Source: a virus. Taken from it: a stretch of 25,404 nt of DNA. Positions 8,807 to 17,273 of this stretch are shown here, piece by piece. A program made the translations under genes and the position numbers. Numbering within the stretch: the stretch's first letter is position 1; every line of letters begins with the position of its first letter. The stretch spans positions 166,013-191,416 of the IMG/VR virus record IMGVR_UViG_3300033273_000550; one strand, given 5' to 3'. The notes beneath the pieces were generated by a model, which ran no database searches, was not told where the DNA came from, and was given only the letters and a program-made list of their open reading frames with translations.

Positions 8807-9274
8807 ATGGGAAAATTTCAATCAACAAAAGTATTCGATGGCTTTTCGACGGTATTCCGTCAATGGAAAGCAGAAACTACCCACTGTAAATATGTACATG
8901 GGTATGGAGTTTCATTTAAATTATGGTTTGAAGGTGATTTAGATGAAAGAAACTGGGTATGGGACTTCGGCGGAATGAAAAGAGCTAAAGGAAAAATAGA
9001 TGGTATGACTCCAAAAGAATGGATGGATTACATGTTCGATCATACCTTTGTAGTAGCAGAAGATGATCCGTATCTTCAATCATTTGTTAAAATGGATGAA
9101 GCAGGAGTAGCTCAAGTAAGAGTAGTACCTGCAACAGGAGCAGAAAGATTTGCTAAATTTATTTACGATAAAGTTAATCCTTTTATTGAAGAAGAAACAG
9201 AAGGTAGAGTAAAAATAGCAAGAGTAGAATTTAGAGAACATGGTAAAAACTCAGCAATATATGAGCCTAGGTAG
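8807..9274 (+). CDS. queD: 6-carboxy-5,6,7,8-tetrahydropterin synthase (QueD)
   Basis: FRQWKA..HCKYVHGY, WVWDFGG, FDHT, and C-terminal EH..NSA.Y. Confidence 0.93.
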   Translation: MGKFQSTKVFDGFSTVFRQWKAETTHCKYVHGYGVSFKLWFEGDLDERNWVWDFGGMKRAKGKIDGMTPKEWMDYMFDHTFVVAEDDPYLQSFVKMDEAGVAQVRVVPATGAERFAKFIYDKVNPFIEEETEGRVKIARVEFREHGKNSAIYEPR

Positions 9275-10037
9275 AATAGAAGATTATAATAAAACTTTAC
9301 CTATAGTAGAGCTCTATACTGCTGTACAATCAGAAGGATCTAGACAAGGATTTCCTACTATAGTAATACGTACTACAGGTTGTACGCATAGATGTTATTT
9401 CGGAGAAGGTGGATGGTGTGATTCTTGGTATACTTCTATACATCCCGAAAAAGGAAAATATAACTTCCAGGATATCATAGATATGTATAATAGTCATCCG
9501 CATATTAGTGAAATGATGTTGACAGGAGGTTCGCCTACTATGCATAAAAAATTAGTTAATGAATTAACACATTTTGCTAATGAGAGAGATATTTTCATTA
9601 CTATTGAAACTGAAGGAAGTCACTTTCTCCCCACAGACTATCCTATTAACCTTTTATCTATTAGTCCTAAGTTTTCTAATTCTATTCCAGTTATAGGTGT
9701 GGAAACTCCAGAAGGTAAGATAACTGATGATAAGATGATTAAACAGCATAATAAATTTAGAGTAAATGTTGAAGCAATTAAAGAAAGCATTAATTATCAT
9801 TCCGATTACCATATTAAACCGGTTCTTGATAAAGAGCTGTCGATGGTGCCAGAAGTAGAAGAGTTTATTAATAAATTAGAAATTCCTAAAGAAAAAATAT
9901 GGGCAATGCCTGCAGGTGATGATAGAGTTTCACTTTTTGAGAGTTATCCGGTAGTAATGAACTTCGTTAGAGATAAAGGATGGAGATTTACCGGTAGGGC
10001 TCATATTATGGCGTTTGATACCGAAAGAGAAGTATGA
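9261..10037 (+). CDS. queE: 7-carboxy-7-deazaguanine synthase, radical SAM (QueE)
   Basis: E.Y..VQSEG...G.PTI.IRTTGC, CTHRCYFGEGGWCDS, LTGGSP, TIETEG and SISPK. ATG 9261 preferred over 9240. Confidence 0.93.
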   Translation: MSLGRIEDYNKTLPIVELYTAVQSEGSRQGFPTIVIRTTGCTHRCYFGEGGWCDSWYTSIHPEKGKYNFQDIIDMYNSHPHISEMMLTGGSPTMHKKLVNELTHFANERDIFITIETEGSHFLPTDYPINLLSISPKFSNSIPVIGVETPEGKITDDKMIKQHNKFRVNVEAIKESINYHSDYHIKPVLDKELSMVPEVEEFINKLEIPKEKIWAMPAGDDRVSLFESYPVVMNFVRDKGWRFTGRAHIMAFDTEREV

Positions 10038-10288
10038 GTTATATCATAGGATCTAAATGTATAGGAACAAAAGATGGTGCTTGTATAGCTGTTTGCCCAG
10101 TAGATTGTATAGAGGAAGGAGAGGATAGCATGTATATCGACCCTGAAACTTGCATTGACTGTGGTGCTTGTGTGCCAGAATGCCCAGTTGAAGCTATCTT
10201 CGATTCTGAAGAAGATGCAATAGCAGCCGGTGAACTAGAGGCTGTAAAAAATAACTATAAATTTTACAATTTAAAATATGAAAACTAA
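10034..10288 (+). CDS. Dicluster (7Fe/8Fe-type) ferredoxin
   Basis: C.GTKDGACIAVCPVDCI and YIDPETCIDCGACVPECPVEAI. ATGA-coupled to queE. Confidence 0.93.
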   Translation: MSYIIGSKCIGTKDGACIAVCPVDCIEEGEDSMYIDPETCIDCGACVPECPVEAIFDSEEDAIAAGELEAVKNNYKFYNLKYEN

Positions 10289-10886
10289 AAATTTTATTTT
10301 ATTACTTAGTTTAGTTTTACTAAGCTGTACTAAAACACAACCAATCGTAGCTCAAGATTTAAGAGAAAGAGTTGAATTTGATATAGACGGATTATTTTCT
10401 GGAGTTTATTCTGAAGTGTTAGAGCAACCATTAGAGGTTACCTATATAGTTCCTTGTCCGGATGGAGATGCTTCAAGAAGTGGATTAGATTTTTACGAAG
10501 ATGATAATATTCATACATCAGATGATGATGATTATAGTAATAACGTTTGGGATAAAGGACATTTAGCTCCTGCTGCAGCATTTGCTTGTGATAGAGAAAC
10601 AATTAAAAAAACTTTTACTTATTTAAACTCAGCCTTACAGCATCAATCACTAAATAGAGGAGCTTGGAATCGATTAGAATCGGTCGAAAGAGGAATGGCT
10701 ATCTGGCATGAAGTAGAAGTAAGAATAGAAGTAATATTTGATGAAAATAGTCAAGTACTTCCATCCGGCGCTACAGTTCCCAAAGCTTTTAGAAAAACTA
10801 TAAAAGCTGGAGATATCACAAAAGTATTTTATTTCCCTAATATAGATACATCAGGTACTGATTGGGAAGATTATTTAGTTAATTAA
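10278..10886 (+). CDS. DNA/RNA non-specific endonuclease (NucA/Serratia-type beta-beta-alpha-Me), predicted lipoprotein
   Basis: DKGHLAPAA, TFTYLN..LQ..SLNRGAW..LE and VPKAF.K. N-terminal MKTKN-hydrophobic-LLSC lipobox. Confidence 0.88.
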   Translation: MKTKNFILLLSLVLLSCTKTQPIVAQDLRERVEFDIDGLFSGVYSEVLEQPLEVTYIVPCPDGDASRSGLDFYEDDNIHTSDDDDYSNNVWDKGHLAPAAAFACDRETIKKTFTYLNSALQHQSLNRGAWNRLESVERGMAIWHEVEVRIEVIFDENSQVLPSGATVPKAFRKTIKAGDITKVFYFPNIDTSGTDWEDYLVN

Positions 10887-10887
10887 T

Positions 10888-11067
10888 ATGAGCGATAAAG
10901 AATTCGTACAATGGTTTAGAGGGTTCGTAGAAGGAGCTCATCACTATAATATCACCCCTAAACAGTGGGATGATTTAAAAGATAAGTTGTCATTAGTAAA
11001 GAAGGAAGGTCCATCATCTTTTGCCTATCAATTGGACAAATCTTGGGTTACTGATATAGCTTATTAG
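10888..11067 (+). CDS. 59-aa hypothetical phage-type protein (not in the ORF track)
   Basis: MSDKEFVQWFRGFVEGAHHYNITPKQWDDLKDKLSLV..., ATG 10888 to TAG 11065-11067. It fills the gap exactly. Confidence 0.75.
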   Translation: MSDKEFVQWFRGFVEGAHHYNITPKQWDDLKDKLSLVKKEGPSSFAYQLDKSWVTDIAY

Positions 11068-11098
11068 GTTATATTTTGTTTAATTTAAATTTTAATTA

Positions 11099-13609
11099 AT
11101 GAGAAATCTCGTTACAATGCTGTTAACATTCTTAACAGTAGGAGCTTACGCTCAACAAGTAGCTGTTAAGGATACAGTCCTGACACAGCAGCTAGAAGAG
11201 GTAGTAGTCTCATCAAGGGTAATTGACGTTGCAAAAGAACGAATTACACCTGTTGCAGTATCTACTATTTCCGCTAGTGACATTTCTTTAAAAACAGGAA
11301 ACTTAGAGTTCCCTGAAATTATGAACAACACCCCAGGTGTTTACGCTACTAAGCAAGGAGGAGGATATGGGGATTCTCGTATCTCACTTCGAGGTTTTGA
11401 TCAGCGTAATACATCTTTCTTAATTAACGGTCAACCCGTTAATGACATGGAAAACGGGTGGGTGTACTGGTCTAACTGGCAAGGATTAACGGACGTTGCT
11501 TCCGGAATCCAAATCCAAAGAGGACTTGGTGCATCAAGACTGGCTGTCCCTTCTGTGGGTGGTACAGTATCTATCTTCACTAAAAGTGCGGATAAAAGAC
11601 AAGGCGGTTCATTTACCCAAGTAGTAGGTAACGACGGGTATACTAAAACGACTGCTGCTTACAACACTGGATTAAATGAAAATGGATGGGCTACATCTGT
11701 TTTATTAAGTAAGTGGGCTGGAGATGGCTATATTTACAACACCAGTGGTGAAGGTTGGACTTACTTCTTTGCATTAGGATATGCACCAGAAGATTCTGAT
11801 CATGCTATTAACTTTTCTTTATTAGGTGCAGGACAATGGCACCACCAAAGAGATGTTTGGGTATCTATTAGAGATTACCAAAACTTTGGTGAAGAAGGAA
11901 TTGATAGAAGATGGAACTCAAACGGTGGTATTTTAAACGGAGAAGAATATAGCCTTAGAAGAAACTTCTATAACAAACCATTAGCTACAATTAACTGGGA
12001 TTGGGACATTTCTGATAATGTTCAATTAAATACATCCCTATATGGTTCAGCTGGTAGAGGTGGTGGAACAGGTCCAAGAGGTAGAAACTACTACAACTCG
12101 GAAACTGATATCTTACCATTTAGAAAAGACCTTACTGAACATTATTTAGAAAATGGTAGAGGTTCAAGATTGGCTAACGGTTTCATCGATTTTGATGCAA
12201 TCGTTCAGTACAATAGAAATAACACTCAAGGATATGATGGAGGAATCTCTGCATATCAAGGAGCTTTAATCGCTTCTAACGGGTACAATGATGATAACGT
12301 AAATAGAGCTGGTCTAGTAAGAAGAGCTTCTATGAACTCTCATGATTGGGTAGGTGCTATTTCAAACTTAGATATTACTGCTGGTAAGATGAGATACTCT
12401 ATCGGAGTAGATTTAAGAAACTACAAAGGTTACCATTATAGAGTACTAAATGATCTATTAGGATTTGATGCTTATTACTCTACTGGTAATAAAAACTCAG
12501 AAGGACAGATTATTGAATCACTAGTTGAAGCAAGTCCATTTCAAAACACTGGAATTAGAGGACCTAAAATCGATTACTACAATATCGGATATGTAGGTTG
12601 GCAAGGTGTTAATGGTTTAGCTGAATACTCAGGAGATGCATTAACTGCTGTAATTCAAGCAGGTCTTTCTAATCAATCATTCCAAAGAGAAGATTTATTT
12701 GATCAACCATCTAACTACCTTTCTGAAAAGAAGAACGTTGGTGGTGGGTATGTTAAAGGTGGCGCAAACTACAACCTAGATGCTAAGTCTAATGTATTCT
12801 TTAACGCAGGGTATATTTCGAGACAGCCTAATTTCGATGCAGTATTCCCTAACTACGCTAATAACGTTAACCCAAATCTACAGAATGAAGAAATTAAATC
12901 TTTAGAACTTGGATACGGATTTATCACAGACAAAGTTAAATTAAACGTAAATATCTACTCTACTAACTGGGGTAATAGATTTGTAACCAGATCTCTTACT
13001 AACCAGCAAGGTGTTGATGGATTTGCTCAATTTAGAGATATCGATGTAACTCACAACGGTGTTGAGATTGAAAGTTCATACAAACCATCTAGTAGAACTA
13101 CATTCAAAGGAATGCTATCAATTGGTGATTGGGAATACGATAATAACTTCGAAGCAGAATTATTTGACGAGAACCAACAATCAATCGGTACAGGTACTTT
13201 ATATACTAAAGGAGCTAAAGTAGGGGATGCTGCACAATTTGTAGCTAACTTTGCAGTCGATCAGAGATTCGGCTCTAAACTTAAAGCTGACCTATCATAT
13301 AGATTCGTTGACGGATTATATGCTGATTATTCAATTACTGATTCAGCATTTACTTCTCCAGATAACGATGGAGCACTTAAATTACCTTCTTATGGTCTTG
13401 TTGACCTAGGAGCTACTTTCTTTGCAGGAAGAGGGTGGAGTTTAAGAGCTAATGTTAATAACGTATTAGACACAACTTATATTGCTGAGTCTAATTCAAA
13501 TATCCATGCAAGTGCAACTTCAACTACATGGAATGGAATTGATGTAAGAAACTCGGTATGGTTCGGATTCGGAAGAACTTGGAACGTATCTCTTAAGAAA
13601 AGATTCTAA
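11099..13609 (+). CDS. TonB-dependent outer-membrane receptor (Bacteroidota type)
   Basis: Signal peptide, LEEVVV TonB-box-like segment, plug ISLRGF..N...LING.PVND, beta-barrel pattern, terminal GRTWNVSLKKRF. Confidence 0.95.
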   Translation: MRNLVTMLLTFLTVGAYAQQVAVKDTVLTQQLEEVVVSSRVIDVAKERITPVAVSTISASDISLKTGNLEFPEIMNNTPGVYATKQGGGYGDSRISLRGFDQRNTSFLINGQPVNDMENGWVYWSNWQGLTDVASGIQIQRGLGASRLAVPSVGGTVSIFTKSADKRQGGSFTQVVGNDGYTKTTAAYNTGLNENGWATSVLLSKWAGDGYIYNTSGEGWTYFFALGYAPEDSDHAINFSLLGAGQWHHQRDVWVSIRDYQNFGEEGIDRRWNSNGGILNGEEYSLRRNFYNKPLATINWDWDISDNVQLNTSLYGSAGRGGGTGPRGRNYYNSETDILPFRKDLTEHYLENGRGSRLANGFIDFDAIVQYNRNNTQGYDGGISAYQGALIASNGYNDDNVNRAGLVRRASMNSHDWVGAISNLDITAGKMRYSIGVDLRNYKGYHYRVLNDLLGFDAYYSTGNKNSEGQIIESLVEASPFQNTGIRGPKIDYYNIGYVGWQGVNGLAEYSGDALTAVIQAGLSNQSFQREDLFDQPSNYLSEKKNVGGGYVKGGANYNLDAKSNVFFNAGYISRQPNFDAVFPNYANNVNPNLQNEEIKSLELGYGFITDKVKLNVNIYSTNWGNRFVTRSLTNQQGVDGFAQFRDIDVTHNGVEIESSYKPSSRTTFKGMLSIGDWEYDNNFEAELFDENQQSIGTGTLYTKGAKVGDAAQFVANFAVDQRFGSKLKADLSYRFVDGLYADYSITDSAFTSPDNDGALKLPSYGLVDLGATFFAGRGWSLRANVNNVLDTTYIAESNSNIHASATSTTWNGIDVRNSVWFGFGRTWNVSLKKRF

Positions 13610-13623
13610 CATTAAAAATAATT

Positions 13624-13654
13624 AAGGGGAGCCCTTGCGGCTCCCTTTTTTTTT
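13624..13654 (+). terminator. Rho-independent terminator after the TonB receptor gene
   Basis: AAGGGGAGCC-cttgc-GGCTCCCTTT hairpin running into a T9 tract (13646-13654). Confidence 0.9.
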
Positions 13655-13662
13655 CATATATT
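13635..13662 (+). promoter_or_regulatory. Putative promoter TTGCGG-16-TATATT overlapping the terminator
   Basis: TTG in the terminator loop at 13635, TATATT 13657-13662, ATG at 13668. Confidence 0.55.
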
Positions 13663-13667
13663 ATAGT

Positions 13668-14069
13668 ATGGCAAAAAAGGTTGTATTAACGTGGGAGGAT
13701 ATAAACTCTCTATTGGATAAAATTCACAAACAGACACAAGGAAAAATAGATATGGTTACGGGTATACCGAGAGGTGGTACCTTACTGGCGATAATGTATT
13801 CGCATAGGTTTAATGTTGCTTATTTACCTTATATGAGTAACCATTATGAAAGACTTCTAATAATTGATGATATAGCAGATTCAGGAATTACATTTACAAA
13901 GACTAGTAAAGAGTTTCCTAATTGTAAGTATGCTGCTATTCATTATAAAAATACTTCAACTTTTAAACCTGACTTCTACGGATTAGAAATACCAGAAGAT
14001 TATGGATGGATCGTTTATCCGTGGGAAAAAAAAGATTCCAAACCTATACAGGATTATTTGGATAATTGA
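13668..14069 (+). CDS. Type I phosphoribosyltransferase, Gpt (xanthine-guanine PRT)-like
   Basis: GIPRGG, PRPP loop LIIDDIADSGIT, and WIVYPWE. The TTG start at 13635 in the track lies inside the terminator, so ATG 13668 is preferred. Confidence 0.88.
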   Translation: MAKKVVLTWEDINSLLDKIHKQTQGKIDMVTGIPRGGTLLAIMYSHRFNVAYLPYMSNHYERLLIIDDIADSGITFTKTSKEFPNCKYAAIHYKNTSTFKPDFYGLEIPEDYGWIVYPWEKKDSKPIQDYLDN

Positions 14070-14086
14070 GTAAAAAATCATATATT
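14058..14086 (+). promoter_or_regulatory. Putative promoter TTGGAT-17-TATATT for folE and the downstream block
   Basis: TTGGAT 14058-14063, 17-nt spacer, TATATT 14081-14086. Confidence 0.7.
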
Positions 14087-14104
14087 ATATTAAATAAAGT
14101 TTAT

Positions 14105-14785
14105 ATGGGTGATAGTGTAAAAAACGAAATTGAAATTGTAAAGACAGGTTTTGCTAATGGTGTAGCACCTGGTTTTCCATTAACTGAAGATGAGAAATGG
14201 AATGTAGTAGAAGAAGCAGCTGAAGCTTATGGTAAGTTTTTAGATGCATTAGGATGTGATTGGAAGAATGATCCTAACTCAGCTGATACTCCTAGAAGGG
14301 TAGCAAAAGCTTATGTTTTTGATCTTTGGAAAGGTAGATACGATGCTATGAGTGATATTACAGCATTTCCTTCTGATGGATATGACGGTATAGTACAAGA
14401 AAGTAACATACCAGTTACCTCTATGTGTAGTCACCACCACCAGACCATAGCTGGTAGAGTATCGATAGCTTACGTTCCTTCTAAAAATGGTAAGGTTGTA
14501 GGATTATCTAAGTTAAATAGAATTGTAGAGCATTTTGGTAGAAGAGGAGCTATACAGGAGCAACTTACTGTTGCTATTCATAATGCTATCCATGTTATAT
14601 GTGAAGGTAATTTAGGAGTAGCAGTAATGATAGATGCAACTCATAACTGTGTTAGTTGTAGAGGAGTAAAGCATTCAGGAGCATCAATGCAAACAGCTAA
14701 ACTATCAGGTTGTTTTCTAGAAGAAGATGCTGCTAGAGCAGAGTTTTATAAAAATATTGAACTTTCTAGCAAATGTCGAATCTAG
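14105..14785 (+). CDS. folE: GTP cyclohydrolase I
   Basis: TPRRVAK, SMCSHH, VVGLSKLNRIV, IQEQLT and ATHNCVSCRGV. ATG 14105 lies downstream of the promoter. Confidence 0.95.
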   Translation: MGDSVKNEIEIVKTGFANGVAPGFPLTEDEKWNVVEEAAEAYGKFLDALGCDWKNDPNSADTPRRVAKAYVFDLWKGRYDAMSDITAFPSDGYDGIVQESNIPVTSMCSHHHQTIAGRVSIAYVPSKNGKVVGLSKLNRIVEHFGRRGAIQEQLTVAIHNAIHVICEGNLGVAVMIDATHNCVSCRGVKHSGASMQTAKLSGCFLEEDAARAEFYKNIELSSKCRI

Positions 14786-15231
14786 AACACGATATTAGAC
14801 CTTGGGGGGAGTATCAAGTACTCTATGATGGAGAAGACTGTAAAGTAAAACGTATTACAGTTTTACCCGGTAAAAAACTATCACTTCAGTATCACTATAA
14901 AAGAGATGAACTTTGGCAGATCATCTCAGGTAAAGCAAAGTTAGTTATAGGATCTGAAGATCTTAAGTATGAAGAATTTGAGTTGCTTCCTCAAGATGAT
15001 TTCTTTATATTTAGAAAACAACATCACCGTATAGAGAATATAGGTGAAGAAAATTTAGTCTTTATTGAAATACAAACAGGTGACTATTTCGGTGAAGACG
15101 ATATAATAAGATTACAAGATGATTTTGGTAGAGTAGACTTTGATCATTTAAAAGATTGGGTTGATATAAAAGAAGAACAAAAAGCCAACAAAACTGATTG
15201 GTGGAAAAAAATGAGTAAAGATGGCAATTAA
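14773..15231 (+). CDS. Mannose-6-phosphate isomerase type II-like cupin
   Basis: RPWG.Y.VL, LSLQYH..R.E.W and EIQTG.Y.GEDDIIR..DDFGR. Confidence 0.85.
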   Translation: MSNLEHDIRPWGEYQVLYDGEDCKVKRITVLPGKKLSLQYHYKRDELWQIISGKAKLVIGSEDLKYEEFELLPQDDFFIFRKQHHRIENIGEENLVFIEIQTGDYFGEDDIIRLQDDFGRVDFDHLKDWVDIKEEQKANKTDWWKKMSKDGN

Positions 15232-15403
15232 ATTAGACGACCATATAGTAGAAATAGAAGGTATTAGGTATATACCTTATGAAGTAGCAGTAAAAGCAAT
15301 CTCTGAGATAGGAGAAGATCAGATTAATAGAGCTGATGAACTTCTAAATAAACTAGCTTCTGACTTAAATTTAACATTTAAAAATATAGATAAGAATGAT
15401 TAA
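15221..15403 (+). CDS. Hypothetical protein
   Basis: 60-aa ORF overlapping both neighbours. Confidence 0.7.
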   Translation: MAIKLDDHIVEIEGIRYIPYEVAVKAISEIGEDQINRADELLNKLASDLNLTFKNIDKND

Positions 15404-16214
15404 GATAGCTCACGAATCTCCTAAGAGTATATTTGAAGACGTACAAAGATTTACCGATTATGATTATGCGTTAGTTCATTTATTTGAAGAGGATGAGGAG
15501 TATCTTAAAATCTTTGAAAAAGCTGTTAGAAAAGGAAGAGAAGTAATTTTAGATAATTCTATTTTTGAATTAGAAGAAGCTTTTGATGCAGATAAATTTG
15601 CTAAGTGGGTGGATCATTTAAGACCTACCTGGTATATTGTACCGGATGCTTTAGAAGATTCTGTTAAGACATGTAAACAGATGGCTTCTTGGGATAAGAG
15701 GTATTCTGAGTTACCTGGTAAAAAGATAGGAGTAGTTCAAGGTAGAACATATGAGGAAATCGTAAACTGTTACAAGTTTATGGATAATTCTGACGTTGAT
15801 ATGATTGCTATTTCCTTCGACTATTCATACTATACTAAATCAGTACCTCATCCTAATAAGTATGTTAGTTGGATGTTAGGTAGAGTTAAGTTATTAGGAG
15901 ATCTACTTAAGGATGGAGTAATAAACGTAAATAAGAAGCATCATTTATTAGGATGTGGGTTACCGCAAGAGTTTCAATATTACAAGCATGCTGATTATAA
16001 TTGGTTATACTCTCTTGATACTTCTAATCCTGTAGTTCACGGTATTAAGGGAATTAGTTATGCCGATCAAGGACTATGGTCTAAAGAATCTCAAAAACTA
16101 TTTGAACTGATTAACTCAGATGTAAGTATAGACCAGTTAAGTGTTATTAAAAATAATATTCAAAAATTTAGATGGTTTGCAAATGGACAACAAGATGTGG
16201 ATAGCGTTTTTTAG
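15396..16214 (+). CDS. dpdA: TGT-fold / DpdA-like guanine transglycosylase (divergent, DpdA3-like)
   Basis: TGT-like motifs ILDNS.FE, VPD, GVVQG, HHLLGC and SLDTS. Short, lacks the tRNA-TGT Zn domain, and sits in a que gene context. Confidence 0.75.
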   Translation: MIKIAHESPKSIFEDVQRFTDYDYALVHLFEEDEEYLKIFEKAVRKGREVILDNSIFELEEAFDADKFAKWVDHLRPTWYIVPDALEDSVKTCKQMASWDKRYSELPGKKIGVVQGRTYEEIVNCYKFMDNSDVDMIAISFDYSYYTKSVPHPNKYVSWMLGRVKLLGDLLKDGVINVNKKHHLLGCGLPQEFQYYKHADYNWLYSLDTSNPVVHGIKGISYADQGLWSKESQKLFELINSDVSIDQLSVIKNNIQKFRWFANGQQDVDSVF

Positions 16215-16731
16215 TCAGACAGGATCTGAAATTGCCGATATTGCTGAGTCGTTAGGTAGATGGCCTGATAGAATAGTAACTAACGATAGACCAGAGCATC
16301 TTAGAACTATAGATGCTAGAATAGAAAAACAAGGTTACTTTACTTTCAGCAATAAACCTGATGTAGAAGAGTATGCTGACTTACTTACGTACTTTCCGGA
16401 CGCTATCATAACTCTACATGGTTGGTTAAGAATAATGCCTCCTGAGATTTGTGAAAGACATAGAATATTTAATGGTCATCCAGGATTAATAACTGAATAC
16501 CCAGAACTAAAAGGAAAAGATCCTCAGATAAGAGCTTACGAAGGCATTAAAGCTGGAAAATATCTGACTGCTGGAGCAGTTTTACACCACGTAACTGCTG
16601 GAGTTGATGAAGGTAAGGTTATTATGGAAGAATATTTTAATGCGCAAGATTTGTCTCTTGATGAATTATTTCGTATATTGAGAGATAGAAGTTTATATAT
16701 GTGGTGTAATTTTCTTAAAAAGGTTTTATGA
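16183..16731 (+). CDS. PurN-like formyltransferase; candidate preQ1 N-formyltransferase (DpdN-like)
   Basis: FFSQTGSE, LHGWLRIM, IFNGHPGL..YP and GAVLHHVTAGVDEGKVI match the GAR transformylase fold with catalytic N/H/D retained. Overlaps the dpdA-like gene. ATG 16183 preferred. Confidence 0.85.
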   Translation: MDNKMWIAFFSQTGSEIADIAESLGRWPDRIVTNDRPEHLRTIDARIEKQGYFTFSNKPDVEEYADLLTYFPDAIITLHGWLRIMPPEICERHRIFNGHPGLITEYPELKGKDPQIRAYEGIKAGKYLTAGAVLHHVTAGVDEGKVIMEEYFNAQDLSLDELFRILRDRSLYMWCNFLKKVL

Positions 16732-17273
16732 TTACAAGAATAGCATTAGTAGGAGCAAGTAGTACAGGAAAGACTACAGTTTATGAATTACTTAAGTCTA
16801 AGTTACCTAAGTATGAATTTATTAATGAATCAACCCGTTCTGTCGGTCAATATGGATTTCCTATCAATGAAAACGGAACAGATGCTACCCAATTAGCTAT
16901 CAGTTCTTTTCATTTAGAGGCATTACTTAATCCTTATAATCTTGTATTAGATAGATGTTATATGGATCTAGTAGCATACTCTAGATTTATGCCTAATATA
17001 AGCAAAGAAACGTTAAATTACATCTTAGATACATGGAAACGTGTTAAAGGCGAGTATACTCATTATGTGTATTTTCCTATTGAATTTGATTCTGTAGACG
17101 ATGGAGTAAGGAGTATCGATGAGCGATGGAGAAAGGATATAGATGATGAGTTTTTTGAAATGCTACAAGATGTGAGACAACCTTATTTAACTGTGACTGG
17201 ATCACCGATGCAAAGAGTAGAACAAATTATAGATTTTATAGAAAATGGGAAAACAACTACAGCTATTCTCTGA
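16728..17273 (+). CDS. P-loop kinase (AAA_28/NadR-like, dNMP-kinase-like)
   Basis: ALVGASSTGKTT, LVLDRC..D.VAY and DDGVR. ATGA-coupled to the formyltransferase. Confidence 0.8.
   Translation: MITRIALVGASSTGKTTVYELLKSKLPKYEFINESTRSVGQYGFPINENGTDATQLAISSFHLEALLNPYNLVLDRCYMDLVAYSRFMPNISKETLNYILDTWKRVKGEYTHYVYFPIEFDSVDDGVRSIDERWRKDIDDEFFEMLQDVRQPYLTVTGSPMQRVEQIIDFIENGKTTTAIL

Noticed and set aside
9330-9545. Minus-strand 71-aa ORF
   Set aside because: Antisense shadow entirely inside queE; no motif.
11043-11075. Seventh promoter copy before the TonB receptor (TATATT at 11070-11075)
   Set aside because: No TTG at 16-18 nt spacing; TATATT alone is expected by chance in AT-rich DNA.
13635-13667. 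N-terminal extension MRLPFFFIYYS of the PRTase in the ORF track
   Set aside because: It is the translated terminator/promoter; ATG 13668 is the better start.
14066-14104. N-terminal extension of FolE in the ORF track
   Set aside because: It spans the putative promoter; ATG 14105 is the better start.
15396-16214. Canonical tRNA-guanine transglycosylase for queuosine
   Set aside because: Too short, lacks the CxCxxC Zn site and the TPxFMPVGT start, and no queA/queG is nearby.
16183-16731. Housekeeping purN for purine synthesis
   Set aside because: No other pur genes, altered substrate loop, and it overlaps the dpdA-like gene.
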